64,000 nt of DNA from Thermodesulfobacteriota bacterium (GCA_036340075.1 JAYYZJ010000005.1:32001-96000); one strand, 5' to 3'. Counted from the stretch's first letter, positions 50,723-61,770 are shown. The notes: generated from the letters alone by a model not told the origin. Translations and numbers: made by a program.

Positions 50723-51795
50723 AAATAAGACCTTTTAACTCTTTTACTAATTCCGCATACAATTTCATAAGGTATTGTTCCGATAGAAGATGATAAATCA
50801 TTTGCTGTATATGAATCATCAAAGATTATTATTTCGTCTCCAACTTTTGGTTCTTTAATTTCTGATAAATCTATCATAGTTAAATCCATACAGACTCTAC
50901 CAATTATTTTACATTTTATATCTCCATATCTTACAAATCCAATGTTTGAAACTGCTCTAGGGAGTCCATCGGCATATCCTATGGGTATAACTCCAATATT
51001 CATATTCTTCTCAGCCACAAAGTCTCTTCCGTAACTTACTGACTCGTTCTTATTTACATCTCTAATTTTTATAATCTTTGTTTTTAGCTTCATTACTGGT
51101 AAAAGATGTTGTTTCCCGCTATCTCCTAAGCCGTACATTAAGATTCCGGGCCTTACCATATTAAAATGAGAATCAGGATAATTAATGATTCCTGAACTAT
51201 TTGCTGCATGAAAATATTTAACATTTTCTATATTTTCTTTATATTCTTTAATAATCTTATTGAAATTATCTATTTGATTTAATGTAAAATCAGAATTTAT
51301 TTTATCAGCTTCAGGAAAATGAGTATAAATACCTTCCAGTTTGAGCTTATTGTTAGATCTTATTAAATCAATACTATGGCTTATTTCTTTTATAGATATG
51401 CCTAATCTATTCATTCCTGTGTCAATCTTTAAATGAAAAGGGATATTAGTTTCATCAAGGGTTAAAAGAAACTCTAGCTGTTTTAAGTCATAAACTGTAA
51501 AAACTATTTTCCTACTTACAGCTTCTTTTATTTCATCATTTTCTATTGATCCAAGAATTAAAATATTACAAGAAATTCCTGAATCTAATAATTCTCTTGC
51601 TTCTTCAAGTGTTGCAACTCCAAAACTTTTAATATCATTTTCAATAAGAGCTTTGGTCATTGTAATAGATCCATGACCATAAGCATTAGCCTTAACAATA
51701 GCTAAGATTTCAACTTCTTTGCCCACTATGCTCCGTAGATAACTAATATTCTTCTTTAAATTAGAAAGGTCTATTTCAGCTTGAGTAGATCGCAT
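50719..51795 (-). CDS. alr: Alanine racemase
   Basis: IVKANAYGHG PLP-Lys, KIDTGMNRLG, SYG, GRVCMD. Confidence 0.96.
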   Translation of the reverse strand: MRSTQAEIDLSNLKKNISYLRSIVGKEVEILAIVKANAYGHGSITMTKALIENDIKSFGVATLEEARELLDSGISCNILILGSIENDEIKEAVSRKIVFTVYDLKQLEFLLTLDETNIPFHLKIDTGMNRLGISIKEISHSIDLIRSNNKLKLEGIYTHFPEADKINSDFTLNQIDNFNKIIKEYKENIENVKYFHAANSSGIINYPDSHFNMVRPGILMYGLGDSGKQHLLPVMKLKTKIIKIRDVNKNESVSYGRDFVAEKNMNIGVIPIGYADGLPRAVSNIGFVRYGDIKCKIIGRVCMDLTMIDLSEIKEPKVGDEIIIFDDSYTANDLSSSIGTIPYEIVCGISKRVKRSYL

Positions 51796-51878
51796 TATTT
51801 CTTAATCTAACATAGATGTGTTTATTTCTCGAATAACCTAGCTTGATTACTTATTTATGATATATTTCTCTTACCTAA

Positions 51879-53054
51879 ATGTCATTTTCAACACTAGAAA
51901 AAAAAGTAACAGGAATAGTAAGCTTAATATTGTCATTAAGGCTATTAGGCCTATTTATGCTATTGCCAATATTCAGCATTTATGCCATTGATTATGAAAA
52001 TTCTAATGCATTTTTGGCTGGGATAGCAATTGGTGTCTATTCTTTATCTCAAGCAATTATGCAAATACCTCTTGCTTATTTAAGCGACAAAATTGGAAGG
52101 CGAGTAGTAGTTCTTATAGGCCTTGGTTTCTTTACAATCGGAAGCCTAATTTGTTATGTTGCAAATGATATAAACCTACTAATCTTCGGTAGAGTAATAC
52201 AAGGCTGTGGAGCAATTAGTTCAGTTGGTGTTGCGACTTTAGCAGAAAATACAAATGAAAACAATCGAGCCAGTGCTTTTACTATAGTTGGTCTTTCTGT
52301 TGGTGTAGCATTTGTAATAGGATTCTTAATAGGGCCTTTTTTGTCTTATCTGTTTAATTTTAAAATTTTGTTTTTGCTGCTTTTCTTTTTTGGTATTTTG
52401 GCAATATTATGTGCATCGTTTTTATATCCAGAAGGAAAAATCACTACTAAGGATGTAGAGAAAAGAGATCCTTTCAGAATGAATTCTGATATGATTAAGA
52501 TTTATTCTGCATCATTCATGTTGTCTATCATCTTGAGTATATTTTTGTTCATATATCCTCTAATGTGGAAAGATTTAGGTAAATCAACAAATGAGTTAAG
52601 CATTGTATATTTGATTGTTTTTCTTCCTGCCGCAATATTTATTTATCCATCAATCAGATATTTGGAAAAAATAAAAAGAATCGACATATCAACAAGTTTT
52701 GGCTGGATATTCCTATTCATAAGTTTTCTATCATTTCTTTTCGTTGAAAGAAATATATTCTCACTTTATTTGTTAGCAATATTCTTTTTTCTTGGTAGTA
52801 CTATTTTTCATTCAACTTTACCTAGCTTGTTATCTTTAAAAGTATCAGAAAAAATGAGAGCAACAGGAAATGGTCCATATTACATTATGAGCTTTCTTGG
52901 TCATGCTATAGGTAGCATAATAGCGGGATTCTTTTATTCTAAAGCAGAATATTTTGGTTTTAGTAACTATGCTTCTTTAATATTTTTATGTCTAATGATT
53001 GTAACTGTATGGACTATAGTTGGATTACCCAAACATAATTCCATAAAAGAATAA
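51879..53054 (+). CDS. MFS transporter (YajR-like)
   Basis: RLLGLFMLLP, SDKIGRR, GRVIQG; about 12 TM. Confidence 0.85.
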   Translation: MSFSTLEKKVTGIVSLILSLRLLGLFMLLPIFSIYAIDYENSNAFLAGIAIGVYSLSQAIMQIPLAYLSDKIGRRVVVLIGLGFFTIGSLICYVANDINLLIFGRVIQGCGAISSVGVATLAENTNENNRASAFTIVGLSVGVAFVIGFLIGPFLSYLFNFKILFLLLFFFGILAILCASFLYPEGKITTKDVEKRDPFRMNSDMIKIYSASFMLSIILSIFLFIYPLMWKDLGKSTNELSIVYLIVFLPAAIFIYPSIRYLEKIKRIDISTSFGWIFLFISFLSFLFVERNIFSLYLLAIFFFLGSTIFHSTLPSLLSLKVSEKMRATGNGPYYIMSFLGHAIGSIIAGFFYSKAEYFGFSNYASLIFLCLMIVTVWTIVGLPKHNSIKE

Positions 53055-53076
53055 ATTTTTAAGGTATCATTAGCTT

Positions 53077-53427
53077 ATGTCAATGATAATAATTATTAAC
53101 GAGCCTCCATCATCCAGTAAAACATGGAATGCTTTAAGGATAACAGCTGCATTGTTAAGCAATGATGAAGATGTCGAAATTTTTTTGATGAATGATGGCG
53201 TATTCAATGCTCTCCATAATCAAAATCCACCCGATGAAATCAAAGGACAATCAACATCTGAAAAAATAAAACAACTAGTAGAAATAGGGGCAAAAGCTTT
53301 TTATTGTAGTCAATGTGCGGAAACTAGAGGAATAACCAAAGATCAAATTAACCCAGAAATAGAAAAGTCTAATTTAATAGAACTTTCCAAAAAAATTCAA
53401 AATACTTCTAAAACTATCAACATGTAA
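53077..53427 (+). CDS. DsrE family protein
   Basis: FLMNDGV and CSQCAETRGI. Confidence 0.85.
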   Translation: MSMIIIINEPPSSSKTWNALRITAALLSNDEDVEIFLMNDGVFNALHNQNPPDEIKGQSTSEKIKQLVEIGAKAFYCSQCAETRGITKDQINPEIEKSNLIELSKKIQNTSKTINM

Positions 53428-53434
53428 TTGATTA

Positions 53435-53881
53435 TTAGTTTAGAGACAAGCTACCATTCATAACTCCCCAGTGGCCTAAAAAACTACACCAGAAAATATA
53501 GTCTTCGCCTTTCGAAAACTTATTGGTATCTAAAACTAAAGTAATAGATTCACTTGGTCCTAAAAATTTTGTTTTATATATAATTTTATCATTCTTAGGT
53601 AAATACCCTTCGTTTAGGCCATTCGATGGATTCACTAAAGATGTTAACGATTCAAAGTCAGATTTTTTTGAAATAACAATATTATGTCCAGCTAGTGAAA
53701 CATCCAATGTGCCGGTATTTTTCAAGTTTATTTTAAACTCTTTACATTCTGAACTAATATTAATTTTGTTTGTGCTATACTGCATCATTCCATCTGCTTC
53801 CAAATTTAATTCACATTCATTAGCAATAGAGACAAGATTTAGTGTAAAGAAAGCTAAAATAGCATAAAAAAGGTTTTTCAT
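53435..53881 (-). CDS. azu: Azurin (type-1 blue copper protein)
   Basis: Signal peptide, N-terminal Cys pair, GHN, CSFLGHWGVM providing His/Cys/His/Met ligands. Confidence 0.9.
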   Translation of the reverse strand: MKNLFYAILAFFTLNLVSIANECELNLEADGMMQYSTNKINISSECKEFKINLKNTGTLDVSLAGHNIVISKKSDFESLTSLVNPSNGLNEGYLPKNDKIIYKTKFLGPSESITLVLDTNKFSKGEDYIFWCSFLGHWGVMNGSLSLN

Positions 53882-53902
53882 AATTTTCTCCTTTGATTGA
53901 AA

Positions 53903-54769
53903 TTAGTTTAAAGGCTTTAATGCCATTAATCTATTAATTCTTTCCTCAACAGGTGGGTGAGAACTAAACAATTTCCCTACTCCACCAGTAAGTGGGCTTA
54001 TTATAAACATATGACTTGTCGCAGCATCTCTTTCTTCATACCTACTTCTGATAGGTTTTGACTTTTCTGATGTACAAAAATCGCTTATTTTTCTTAGCGC
54101 AGAAGCTAAGCTAGCAGGCTTATTTGTTATTTGTGCCGCAGTATAATCAGCTTTAAATTCTCTTGTTCTTGAAATTGCCATTTGTATAATCAGAGCTATT
54201 ATAGGGGCAAGTATTGCGATTAACAAATGTCCTATAACATTACCTGTTCCTCTGTTCCCTCTAAAAGCTCCAAAAATTAATCCCCATTTTAACATTGATG
54301 CAATAATGCTAATAGCTCCTGCAAAAGTTGCAGCTATTGATGCAATTAAAATATCTTTATTTTCTATGTGGGCAAGCTCATGAGCAAGCACTCCTTCTAT
54401 TTCTTCATCTGTAAGTTGTTGGACAAGAGATGTAGAAACAGCTACGACTGAATTTTTTTCGTTTCTTCCAGTTGCAAAAGCATTAGGAGTTTGGTCATCA
54501 TAAACAAATAATTTTGGTCCATCTATTTTAGCCTTTGTACACAAATTATCAAAAATACCAATTAAATTCTTGTATTCGGTCTCATCTACTCTTTTTGCTT
54601 TAAAAACTTTCAATACAATCTTATCTGACATCCAATAAGAACCAACGTTCATAACTATTGCAAAAATAAAGGCGAACCACATACCACTAGATCCACCCAA
54701 ATACTTTCCTATAAGAAGAAAGAAAGATGTCATTATTGCTAATAAAAAACCTGTCTTTAATGCATTCAT
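53903..54769 (-). CDS. htpX: Zinc metalloprotease HtpX
   Basis: PNAFATGR, HELAH, SRTREFKAD, SHPP. Confidence 0.94.
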   Translation of the reverse strand: MNALKTGFLLAIMTSFFLLIGKYLGGSSGMWFAFIFAIVMNVGSYWMSDKIVLKVFKAKRVDETEYKNLIGIFDNLCTKAKIDGPKLFVYDDQTPNAFATGRNEKNSVVAVSTSLVQQLTDEEIEGVLAHELAHIENKDILIASIAATFAGAISIIASMLKWGLIFGAFRGNRGTGNVIGHLLIAILAPIIALIIQMAISRTREFKADYTAAQITNKPASLASALRKISDFCTSEKSKPIRSRYEERDAATSHMFIISPLTGGVGKLFSSHPPVEERINRLMALKPLN

Positions 54770-54773
54770 AGAA

Positions 54774-55250
54774 TTATCCTCCGCATGATTCTATATTGTT
54801 CTTAGAAATATATTTCTGATGATAATCTTCTGCAAAATAATAATCTCCTGCTGGTTCTATCTGAGTAACAATATTATTAGAATCATTCTTTAAATTTAAT
54901 TCATTTATAATTTCTAAAGCAATTTCCTTTTGTTCTTGATTATGGTAAAAAATCACCGATCTGTACTGCGTACCTACATCAGGTCCTTGCCTATTTAAAG
55001 TAGTAGGATCATGAATATTAAAGAAAAAAGAGCATAGTTGATTAAAATGAATTTTTTCAGAATCGTAAACAACATTTACTACTTCTGCGTGTCCAGTTAT
55101 ACCTGAGCAAACATCAAAATATGTAGGATTTTTAAATTTCCCTCCCATATATCCAACGCTGGTTTTAACAACACCATCTAAATTCATAAAATTATGCTCA
55201 ACTCCCCAGAAACATCCTGCTCCAAAAGTTGCAACAGATTCAGTAGACAT
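54774..55250 (-). CDS. msrA: Peptide methionine sulfoxide reductase A
   Basis: GCFWG, GHAEV, HDPT, AEDYHQ. Confidence 0.96.
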   Translation of the reverse strand: MSTESVATFGAGCFWGVEHNFMNLDGVVKTSVGYMGGKFKNPTYFDVCSGITGHAEVVNVVYDSEKIHFNQLCSFFFNIHDPTTLNRQGPDVGTQYRSVIFYHNQEQKEIALEIINELNLKNDSNNIVTQIEPAGDYYFAEDYHQKYISKNNIESCGG

Positions 55251-55268
55251 ATTTATATTATAACTAGT

Positions 55269-57401
55269 TCAAATTATTTTTGTCAGCTCTAAACTTTCTC
55301 CCCACATTTTAATTACCATGTCTCTAATTAATTGCTTTTTCTCATTATAAAAACTAAAATCCTCAATAGAATCAGCGCTTTCTTTAGCAAGCTTTAGTAT
55401 TGATAAATCTCTTTTTAAATTAGCTAAATGTAGATTCCAGAATTGTCCTGATTGTTCAACTCCAGCTCCATAGAATGCTCCCGGCCCTCTAATTTCTAGG
55501 TCTTTTTCAGAAAGAATAAATCCGTCAGATATTTCTTTAAAAATAAATAATCTTTCCAAAAACGAATCTTCTTGATTACTTATGTTTAAAAACATGTAAG
55601 AATCTTTCACTCCTCTGCCAATTCTACCTCGCAATTGGTGCAATTGAGCCAATCCAAATCTTTCCGGATTATTGATTATCATAAAGGTAGCATTAGGGAC
55701 ATCTACCCCTACTTCAATAACTGTAGTAGATACTAGTAAATCTATTTTTCTATTTTTAAAATCTCTCATTATTTTTTCTTTTTTGTCAGAACTTATTAGT
55801 CCATTCATCATTTCTAGATTAAATTTTTTAAACCTGTTATTTTTTAAATCTAAATAAGTTGTTTCTACATCAGAAAGATTAGCAAATTCGTCTAATTTAG
55901 ATTTCTTTATAATAGGACATATTACAAATCCTTGTCTTCCTTTGTTTAATTCGTCTTCTATGAATGTATAAGTTTCTTCCAAACTTTCTTTGTTTGTTAT
56001 TTTGGTAATTGTTTTGCCTCTTCCTTTTGGCAAGGAATCTATTGTTGAAACATCAAATTCACTAAAAAATATTGATGACAAAGTTCTAGGTATTGGTGTT
56101 GCAGTCATAGTTAAAATATCAGGATTATCTCCTTTTTCTGTCATAAGTTTTCTTTGCAATACGCCAAATCTATGTTGTTCGTCTATTACAATAAGACTCA
56201 AATTTTTGTATTGAACTTTTTCTTGGAATAAAGAATGTGTACCAACAATAACTTTTGCCTTTCCAGACCTTATATCTTCATAGGCTTTCTCTTTTTCGTT
56301 CAAAGATAATGATGATTTTAATATAATAAGACTTTCTTCATCTATATACTCCTTCAAAAAATAATAATGTTGATCTGCTAATGTCTCTGTTGGTGCAATA
56401 ATTGCAGATTGATAATTGTTGTCATACGAAATAGCCATGGATAACAATGCTATGATTGTTTTGCCACTACTTACATCTCCTTGCAATAACCTATTCATTT
56501 GTTTTTTTGATTTCATATCATTTATGATTTCTGACAATACTTTCTGTTGTGATTCTGTTAACTGAAATGGAAAAATATTCATTATCCTCTCTTGTAAAGA
56601 ATTATTTACTTTCAGTGAATGACTCTTTCCAAGTATAATCTCTTTCGTAAAACTTCTTTCTTTCATGCCTAAACATAAAATTAAAAATTCAAAAAAGATG
56701 ATTGATCTATGCCAAATAGATGAATTTAGAGAATCATTAATGAGAAAATCACAAATCTCGTCATCATTTTTAGGCAAGTGTATATTAAGGATAGATTTAG
56801 AAATTTTTTCAAGCTTATATTTTTCTAGAAAATCCTTATCAAAAAAATCTAATGCATCTAGGTTAATATTTTTTAATAAATCATTGATAATTTTTTGTAT
56901 GCGATTCTGAGTCAAACCTTTTGTAAGTGAATAAACAGGATGTATTCTTGAGAATTTATCTAATTCTGGTTCTTTTTCTAATATAAAGTAGTTCTCCGGA
57001 GCAGGGTTAATAATCTGTAGATTTTTTGAAGATTTAGATACCTTCCCTGACAAAACAACCCAACTGTCTTCTAAGAAGTTTTCTTTTAAATATTTATATA
57101 TTGGATTAAACCAGACTAATTTGAATGTCCCGGTACCGTCATCTATAACTACTTCATAGATTCGCTTTCTAGCTTTTATTAATTCTGATTTGATTATCCT
57201 TCCTTTAATTGTTATTTCTTGATTAATAGAAATGGATGAAATGTAGCTAGTTGCTCTATAATCTTTATAATCTCTAGGAAAATAAAACAATAAATCAAGA
57301 ATATTGCTTATTCCTATTCTATTAAAGATTTTGACTAGACTGGGGCCAACTCCAGGCAATGAAACTAGACTAGTATCGAGATTATATTTCTTCGGTGTCA
57401 T
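55269..57401 (-). CDS. recG: ATP-dependent DNA helicase RecG
   Basis: Wedge domain, QGDVSSGKT, DEQHRFG, TATPIPRT, QLHQLRGRIGRG, RGPG. Confidence 0.95.
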   Translation of the reverse strand: MTPKKYNLDTSLVSLPGVGPSLVKIFNRIGISNILDLLFYFPRDYKDYRATSYISSISINQEITIKGRIIKSELIKARKRIYEVVIDDGTGTFKLVWFNPIYKYLKENFLEDSWVVLSGKVSKSSKNLQIINPAPENYFILEKEPELDKFSRIHPVYSLTKGLTQNRIQKIINDLLKNINLDALDFFDKDFLEKYKLEKISKSILNIHLPKNDDEICDFLINDSLNSSIWHRSIIFFEFLILCLGMKERSFTKEIILGKSHSLKVNNSLQERIMNIFPFQLTESQQKVLSEIINDMKSKKQMNRLLQGDVSSGKTIIALLSMAISYDNNYQSAIIAPTETLADQHYYFLKEYIDEESLIILKSSLSLNEKEKAYEDIRSGKAKVIVGTHSLFQEKVQYKNLSLIVIDEQHRFGVLQRKLMTEKGDNPDILTMTATPIPRTLSSIFFSEFDVSTIDSLPKGRGKTITKITNKESLEETYTFIEDELNKGRQGFVICPIIKKSKLDEFANLSDVETTYLDLKNNRFKKFNLEMMNGLISSDKKEKIMRDFKNRKIDLLVSTTVIEVGVDVPNATFMIINNPERFGLAQLHQLRGRIGRGVKDSYMFLNISNQEDSFLERLFIFKEISDGFILSEKDLEIRGPGAFYGAGVEQSGQFWNLHLANLKRDLSILKLAKESADSIEDFSFYNEKKQLIRDMVIKMWGESLELTKII

Positions 57402-58704
57402 TTAATGGATGTGAACCTACATTGCTATAGAAGAAACCCATATCAGAAAGTTTTTGTTCATTATATAAATTTCTCCCATCAAAAATAACAGGATTCTTCA
57501 ATAGTTCTTTTATCTTATTAAAATCTGGTTGCCTATATTCGCTCCATTCAGTGTTAATTATTAATGCATCGCAACCATCTAGTGCTTCATAATTATCGTT
57601 AAAGAAATTAATATTTTCATTAACAACTTTACTAAAATTATCTGATGCTGCTGGATCATGAGCATTTATTATTGAGCCTGACTTTATTAGGTTTTGTATT
57701 ATTTCTACAGAAGGTGCTTCTCTTATGTCGTCAGTATTAGGCTTAAATGATAATCCCCAAACGGCAAATTTCTTTTTTTCTAAGTTATCAAAATAATTAT
57801 TTATTTTTTCAAAAAATATTTTTCTTTGTAATATATTCACAGAATCAACTGCTTTGCACAATTGTAAATCAACTGAATTAACTTTTGCTATATTAATCAA
57901 AGCTTTAATGTCTTTTGGGAAACACGATCCACCATAACCTAAACCTGGAAAAATGAAATGTTTACCAATTCGTTGATCTTGAGACATAATTCTACGCACA
58001 CTACCAACATTAGCCCCAACCTTTTCACATAGATTTGCTATCTCATTCATAAAGGAAATTCTTGTTGCTAGCATTGCATTAGAAGCATATTTTGAAATCT
58101 CTGATGATTGAATGTCAACACATATCAATCTATCTTCTCTTCTCATAAAAGGTTCATATAATTCTTTGAGTATTTTTTCTGCCTTACTACTTTCAACACC
58201 TATAACTATCCTATCGGGAAACATAAAGTCGTTAACTGCTGAACCTTCTTTTAAGAATTCTGGATTAGAAGCGACATCAAATTCCTCTTTTGTTTTAGAT
58301 TGAATTAGATTTTTAAGTAACAAAGTAGTACCAACGGGAATTGTACTCTTGGTAACTATTATTTTGTAACTATTTATGTATTTTGATAGTTCAGTGGCAG
58401 CACTTTTAATATAGTCAAGATTGGCTGATCCGTCTTTATTAGGTGGTGTCGATACTGCTAAAAATATTATCGTGGAAGATTCAACTGCTTCCTTATAGTT
58501 AGTAGTAAATTTAAGCCTATTCCCTTTAATGTTTCTTTCAACGATATCGGATAGGCCAGGTTCGTAAATTCCAACATTGCCCTTTTTTAGTGAATCTATC
58601 TTTTCTTTATCGATATCAAGGCAAATTACATGATTTCCTGAATCCGCAAGACATGAGCCAGTTACAAGGCCTACATAACCTGAACCAATAACGCAAATAT
58701 TCAT
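57382..58704 (-). CDS. ugd: UDP-glucose 6-dehydrogenase
   Basis: GSGYVGL, NPEFLKEG, GYGGSCFPKD, FKPNTDDIRE. Confidence 0.94.
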   Translation of the reverse strand: MNICVIGSGYVGLVTGSCLADSGNHVICLDIDKEKIDSLKKGNVGIYEPGLSDIVERNIKGNRLKFTTNYKEAVESSTIIFLAVSTPPNKDGSANLDYIKSAATELSKYINSYKIIVTKSTIPVGTTLLLKNLIQSKTKEEFDVASNPEFLKEGSAVNDFMFPDRIVIGVESSKAEKILKELYEPFMRREDRLICVDIQSSEISKYASNAMLATRISFMNEIANLCEKVGANVGSVRRIMSQDQRIGKHFIFPGLGYGGSCFPKDIKALINIAKVNSVDLQLCKAVDSVNILQRKIFFEKINNYFDNLEKKKFAVWGLSFKPNTDDIREAPSVEIIQNLIKSGSIINAHDPAASDNFSKVVNENINFFNDNYEALDGCDALIINTEWSEYRQPDFNKIKELLKNPVIFDGRNLYNEQKLSDMGFFYSNVGSHPLNDTEEI

Positions 58705-58772
58705 GAATATTTTTATTATCCTTGATAAAGGAAATTTATCAAATTGTATGAATTAATTAGATATCTCTATAT

Positions 58773-59036
58773 CTAGCTATTCTTAACTGCTGGACTTAAT
58801 CCATCAAAACTAAATTCTTTAGCTTTTTCAACAAAGCTGGCCCATTTTTCTGGAATTTCATCCTCTTGATGTATTGCTGTAACAGGACAAGGATCTACAC
58901 ATGCTCCACAATCAATACACTCTTCAGGGTTAATTATTAATTGATCATCAGACTCATAAATACAATCAACTGGACATGCATCTACACAAGCCTTATCTTT
59001 TGTTCCAATACATGGTTCTGCAATAACGTACGCCAT
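58773..59036 (-). CDS. Dicluster ferredoxin, probably 7Fe [3Fe-4S][4Fe-4S] type
   Basis: CIGTKDKACVDACPVDC (Cx7C) plus CIDCGACVDPCP; GGAGG SD. Confidence 0.92.
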   Translation of the reverse strand: MAYVIAEPCIGTKDKACVDACPVDCIYESDDQLIINPEECIDCGACVDPCPVTAIHQEDEIPEKWASFVEKAKEFSFDGLSPAVKNS

Positions 59037-59144
59037 AAATGACCTCCTATATTATTACAATTTACCAAATTGAGAAGGATTAATCAAGAAAAAAAGTTAA
59101 TGATATCAGTACTTTATGGATATACGAGGTCTATAATGTCTAAG

Positions 59145-59453
59145 TTAATTTATATCTGAAACTTCTTCTTTTTTCTCAAACAAATCAACTTTTTCCTGAA
59201 GAACAGACTTTTTGTCATATTTTATATATATATAACCCAAGGCAAGGCTAGTAATAAAAAATATAGTAGCTAACCATTTAGTAAGTGTTCTTAGGAATGA
59301 TGATGAATCAGCACCAAATACAGATTCAGACGAACCGCCAAACATTGAACCTAAATCGTCTGTTTTAGAAGGACCAAACAAAACTGCAAGCACCAAAACA
59401 ACTGCTACCACTCCATGAAAAACAATTAATGAGCTTTTAATAGTTTCAATCAT
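59145..59453 (-). CDS. secG: Preprotein translocase subunit SecG
   Basis: 2 TM separated by a Gly/Ser loop (GSMFGGSS..VFG); conserved tpiA-secG order. Confidence 0.9.
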   Translation of the reverse strand: MIETIKSSLIVFHGVVAVVLVLAVLFGPSKTDDLGSMFGGSSESVFGADSSSFLRTLTKWLATIFFITSLALGYIYIKYDKKSVLQEKVDLFEKKEEVSDIN

Positions 59454-60214
59454 TATAAATTACCAACTTTGAATACAATATCACAGAATTTATCACAATC
59501 CATACTTGCATTTCCAATTAGTACTCCATCAACGTTTTCTAGTGAAGCAATAGGCTTAATATTAATCTGATTCACACTACCTCCGTAAACTATTCTAGGT
59601 AAATTAACTGAATCTGGAAACATTAAATTTAATTCATTATGTATAAAATTATGAACCTCTTGAATATCTTCTACTCTTGCTGCTTCACCAGAACCAATTA
59701 CCCAAATTGGTTCGTACCCAATCACAATTCTATCTAATTCTGTTTCTTTTATATCTCTTAAGCCTCTACGTAATTGATCAGCAATTCGATCAAAAGTTTT
59801 CTTTTGTCTTCTTTCATCAAATGTTTCACCAACACATAAAATAATATTTAATTTATTTTTAGTAGATATTAAAACTTTTTTATTAATCATTTCGTTTGTT
59901 TCGAGTAGATGTTGCCTTCTTTCTGAATGACCAATCATAGCCCAAGTACACCCGACATCTTGCAACATAAGATTAGAAACTTCTCCAGTAAATGGGCCCG
60001 TATTTTCATAAAAAACATTTTGAGACGATAAATTAATCCTAGTATCTTTAATTAAATCTGAAACTAAACTTAAATATGGAAAAGATGGAGCTAGTATTAT
60101 ATCAACATTATCAACGTTTTCTAAATTCTTATCTATTTCTTTTACTAATGATATGATAGATTCAGAATCTAAATTCATCTTCCAATTGGCAAATACTATT
60201 TTTTTCTTACTCAC
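59453..60214 (-). CDS. tpiA: Triosephosphate isomerase
   Basis: NWKMN, GHSERR, YEPIW, YGGSV; GTG start. Confidence 0.94.
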   Translation of the reverse strand: MSKKKIVFANWKMNLDSESIISLVKEIDKNLENVDNVDIILAPSFPYLSLVSDLIKDTRINLSSQNVFYENTGPFTGEVSNLMLQDVGCTWAMIGHSERRQHLLETNEMINKKVLISTKNKLNIILCVGETFDERRQKKTFDRIADQLRRGLRDIKETELDRIVIGYEPIWVIGSGEAARVEDIQEVHNFIHNELNLMFPDSVNLPRIVYGGSVNQINIKPIASLENVDGVLIGNASMDCDKFCDIVFKVGNL

Positions 60215-60240
60215 AGTTTTATAATAACCCTGTTTCTACC

Positions 60241-61383
60241 TTATGTATATTCTGATATATATTTGTTAAGTTTTTCTAGACCCTCTTTTAAATTCTCCAT
60301 AGAGCTTGCATAAGATAGTCTTATGTATTTATCATAGTTTGGACCAAAATCTCTACCAGGTGCTACAGCTAAACCCACTTTATCCAATATATCTAGTGAT
60401 AAATCTAGAGAATTCTTTTTAAACTTTTCCATGTTGCATATAACATAAAAGGTTGAATCAGGACTATAATCAATTGGCATCCCGATATCATCTAGTCTCT
60501 TTATTATAAAATCCCTTTTAGCTTTATAATCACTCTTCATTCTTTCGATTTCTAAATCATCAATTTCAAAAGCTCCAATTGCTGAATGCTGTGATATTGT
60601 AGGTGCGCATATAAACATATTCTGTTGTAATTTTTGTATATTACGAATCATTGTTTTTGGGGCAATTAAGTACCCTAGCCTCCATCCTGTCATTGAATAA
60701 AATTTCGCAAAACCATTAACTATGATAGCGTCGTCTTTATAATTTAACATTGTATCTACTTTGTATTCATAATTTAGCTCTTGATAAATTTCATCTGATA
60801 TTACTTTAATGCCTAAATTAGCAATTGATTTCAGAACTTCTTCACTTTGAGTAACACCTGAAGGATTTGAAGGAGAATTTATAACAATAAGCTTGGTTCT
60901 CTTTGTTATTGCTTTTCTCAATTTCTTAATATTTATTTGATAATTATCTACAGAATGAGTTGTGAACAGCTTCACTCTACCCCCGAATATTTTAACAAGT
61001 TGTGGATAGCATGGGTAATATGGCTCAATTAATATAACTTCGTCTTTATCTTCTAATGACGAAAGCAATCCTAGAATAATAGCTCCGGATGAACCTGTAG
61101 TAATAACAACTCTATCTTCTGAAATATTTACGCCGGTATTTTTTTTATAGTTAGCTGCTATAGCTATCCTTAAAGCTTGAAGGCCCAAGCTGTGAGTATA
61201 TCTATCTTGATCATTAGATATAGCTTTAATTGCTCGATCTTTTATTGCATTATTTATTTTTTCAGTTGGTTCACCTATTTCTAAATGACTTACATTAATA
61301 CCTTTTTTTTCATATTTTTGAGCTTGTTCTAATATCTCCATAACATAGAAAGGCTCTATAGCTTCTAATATGTTTGAATTCAT
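60241..61383 (-). CDS. PLP-dependent class I/II aminotransferase
   Basis: NSPSNPSG, SDEIY, GFAKFYSMTGWRLG. Confidence 0.92.
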   Translation of the reverse strand: MNSNILEAIEPFYVMEILEQAQKYEKKGINVSHLEIGEPTEKINNAIKDRAIKAISNDQDRYTHSLGLQALRIAIAANYKKNTGVNISEDRVVITTGSSGAIILGLLSSLEDKDEVILIEPYYPCYPQLVKIFGGRVKLFTTHSVDNYQINIKKLRKAITKRTKLIVINSPSNPSGVTQSEEVLKSIANLGIKVISDEIYQELNYEYKVDTMLNYKDDAIIVNGFAKFYSMTGWRLGYLIAPKTMIRNIQKLQQNMFICAPTISQHSAIGAFEIDDLEIERMKSDYKAKRDFIIKRLDDIGMPIDYSPDSTFYVICNMEKFKKNSLDLSLDILDKVGLAVAPGRDFGPNYDKYIRLSYASSMENLKEGLEKLNKYISEYT

Positions 61384-61479
61384 AGTTATATTCTATTGTA
61401 AAAAACATCAAGATAATAGTAAAAAGAATTGTTTTAGATAAATTATATAGGTATTATAAATTTTCAATTCGGAGTAGTT

Positions 61480-61770
61480 ATGTCTAGAGTTTGTGAATTA
61501 ACAGGAAAAAAGTTTATGTCTGGCAATAATGTCAGCCATGCTAACAATAAGACTAAAAGAAAGTTTGATATCAATTTACAACCCGTAAGTTTCCAAAGCG
61601 ATATACTAAAAGAAACTTTCAAAATGAAAATTGCTGCTAGCACTATTAGAACAGTATCTAAACATGGTGGCCTTGATGCATTCATAATGAAAACCGCAGA
61701 ATCTAAATTGTCTGCTCAAGCATTAAAAATAAAAAGAAAAATGCTAAAGAAATTAGCACCAAAAAAATAA
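61480..61770 (+). CDS. rpmB: 50S ribosomal protein L28
   Basis: MSRVCELTGK..GNNVSHANNKTKRKF..NLQ; GGAG SD. Confidence 0.96.
   Translation: MSRVCELTGKKFMSGNNVSHANNKTKRKFDINLQPVSFQSDILKETFKMKIAASTIRTVSKHGGLDAFIMKTAESKLSAQALKIKRKMLKKLAPKK

Noticed and set aside
56455..56485. RecG Walker A GDVSSGKT instead of GDVGSGKT as a sign of inactivation
   Set aside because: A single conservative change with GKT and all other helicase motifs intact; insufficient evidence.
59453..60214. TpiA loop variants (GYEPIWVIGSG, LIGNAS) as a changed function
   Set aside because: The catalytic Lys, His and Glu and the tpiA-secG synteny are intact; most likely ordinary divergence.
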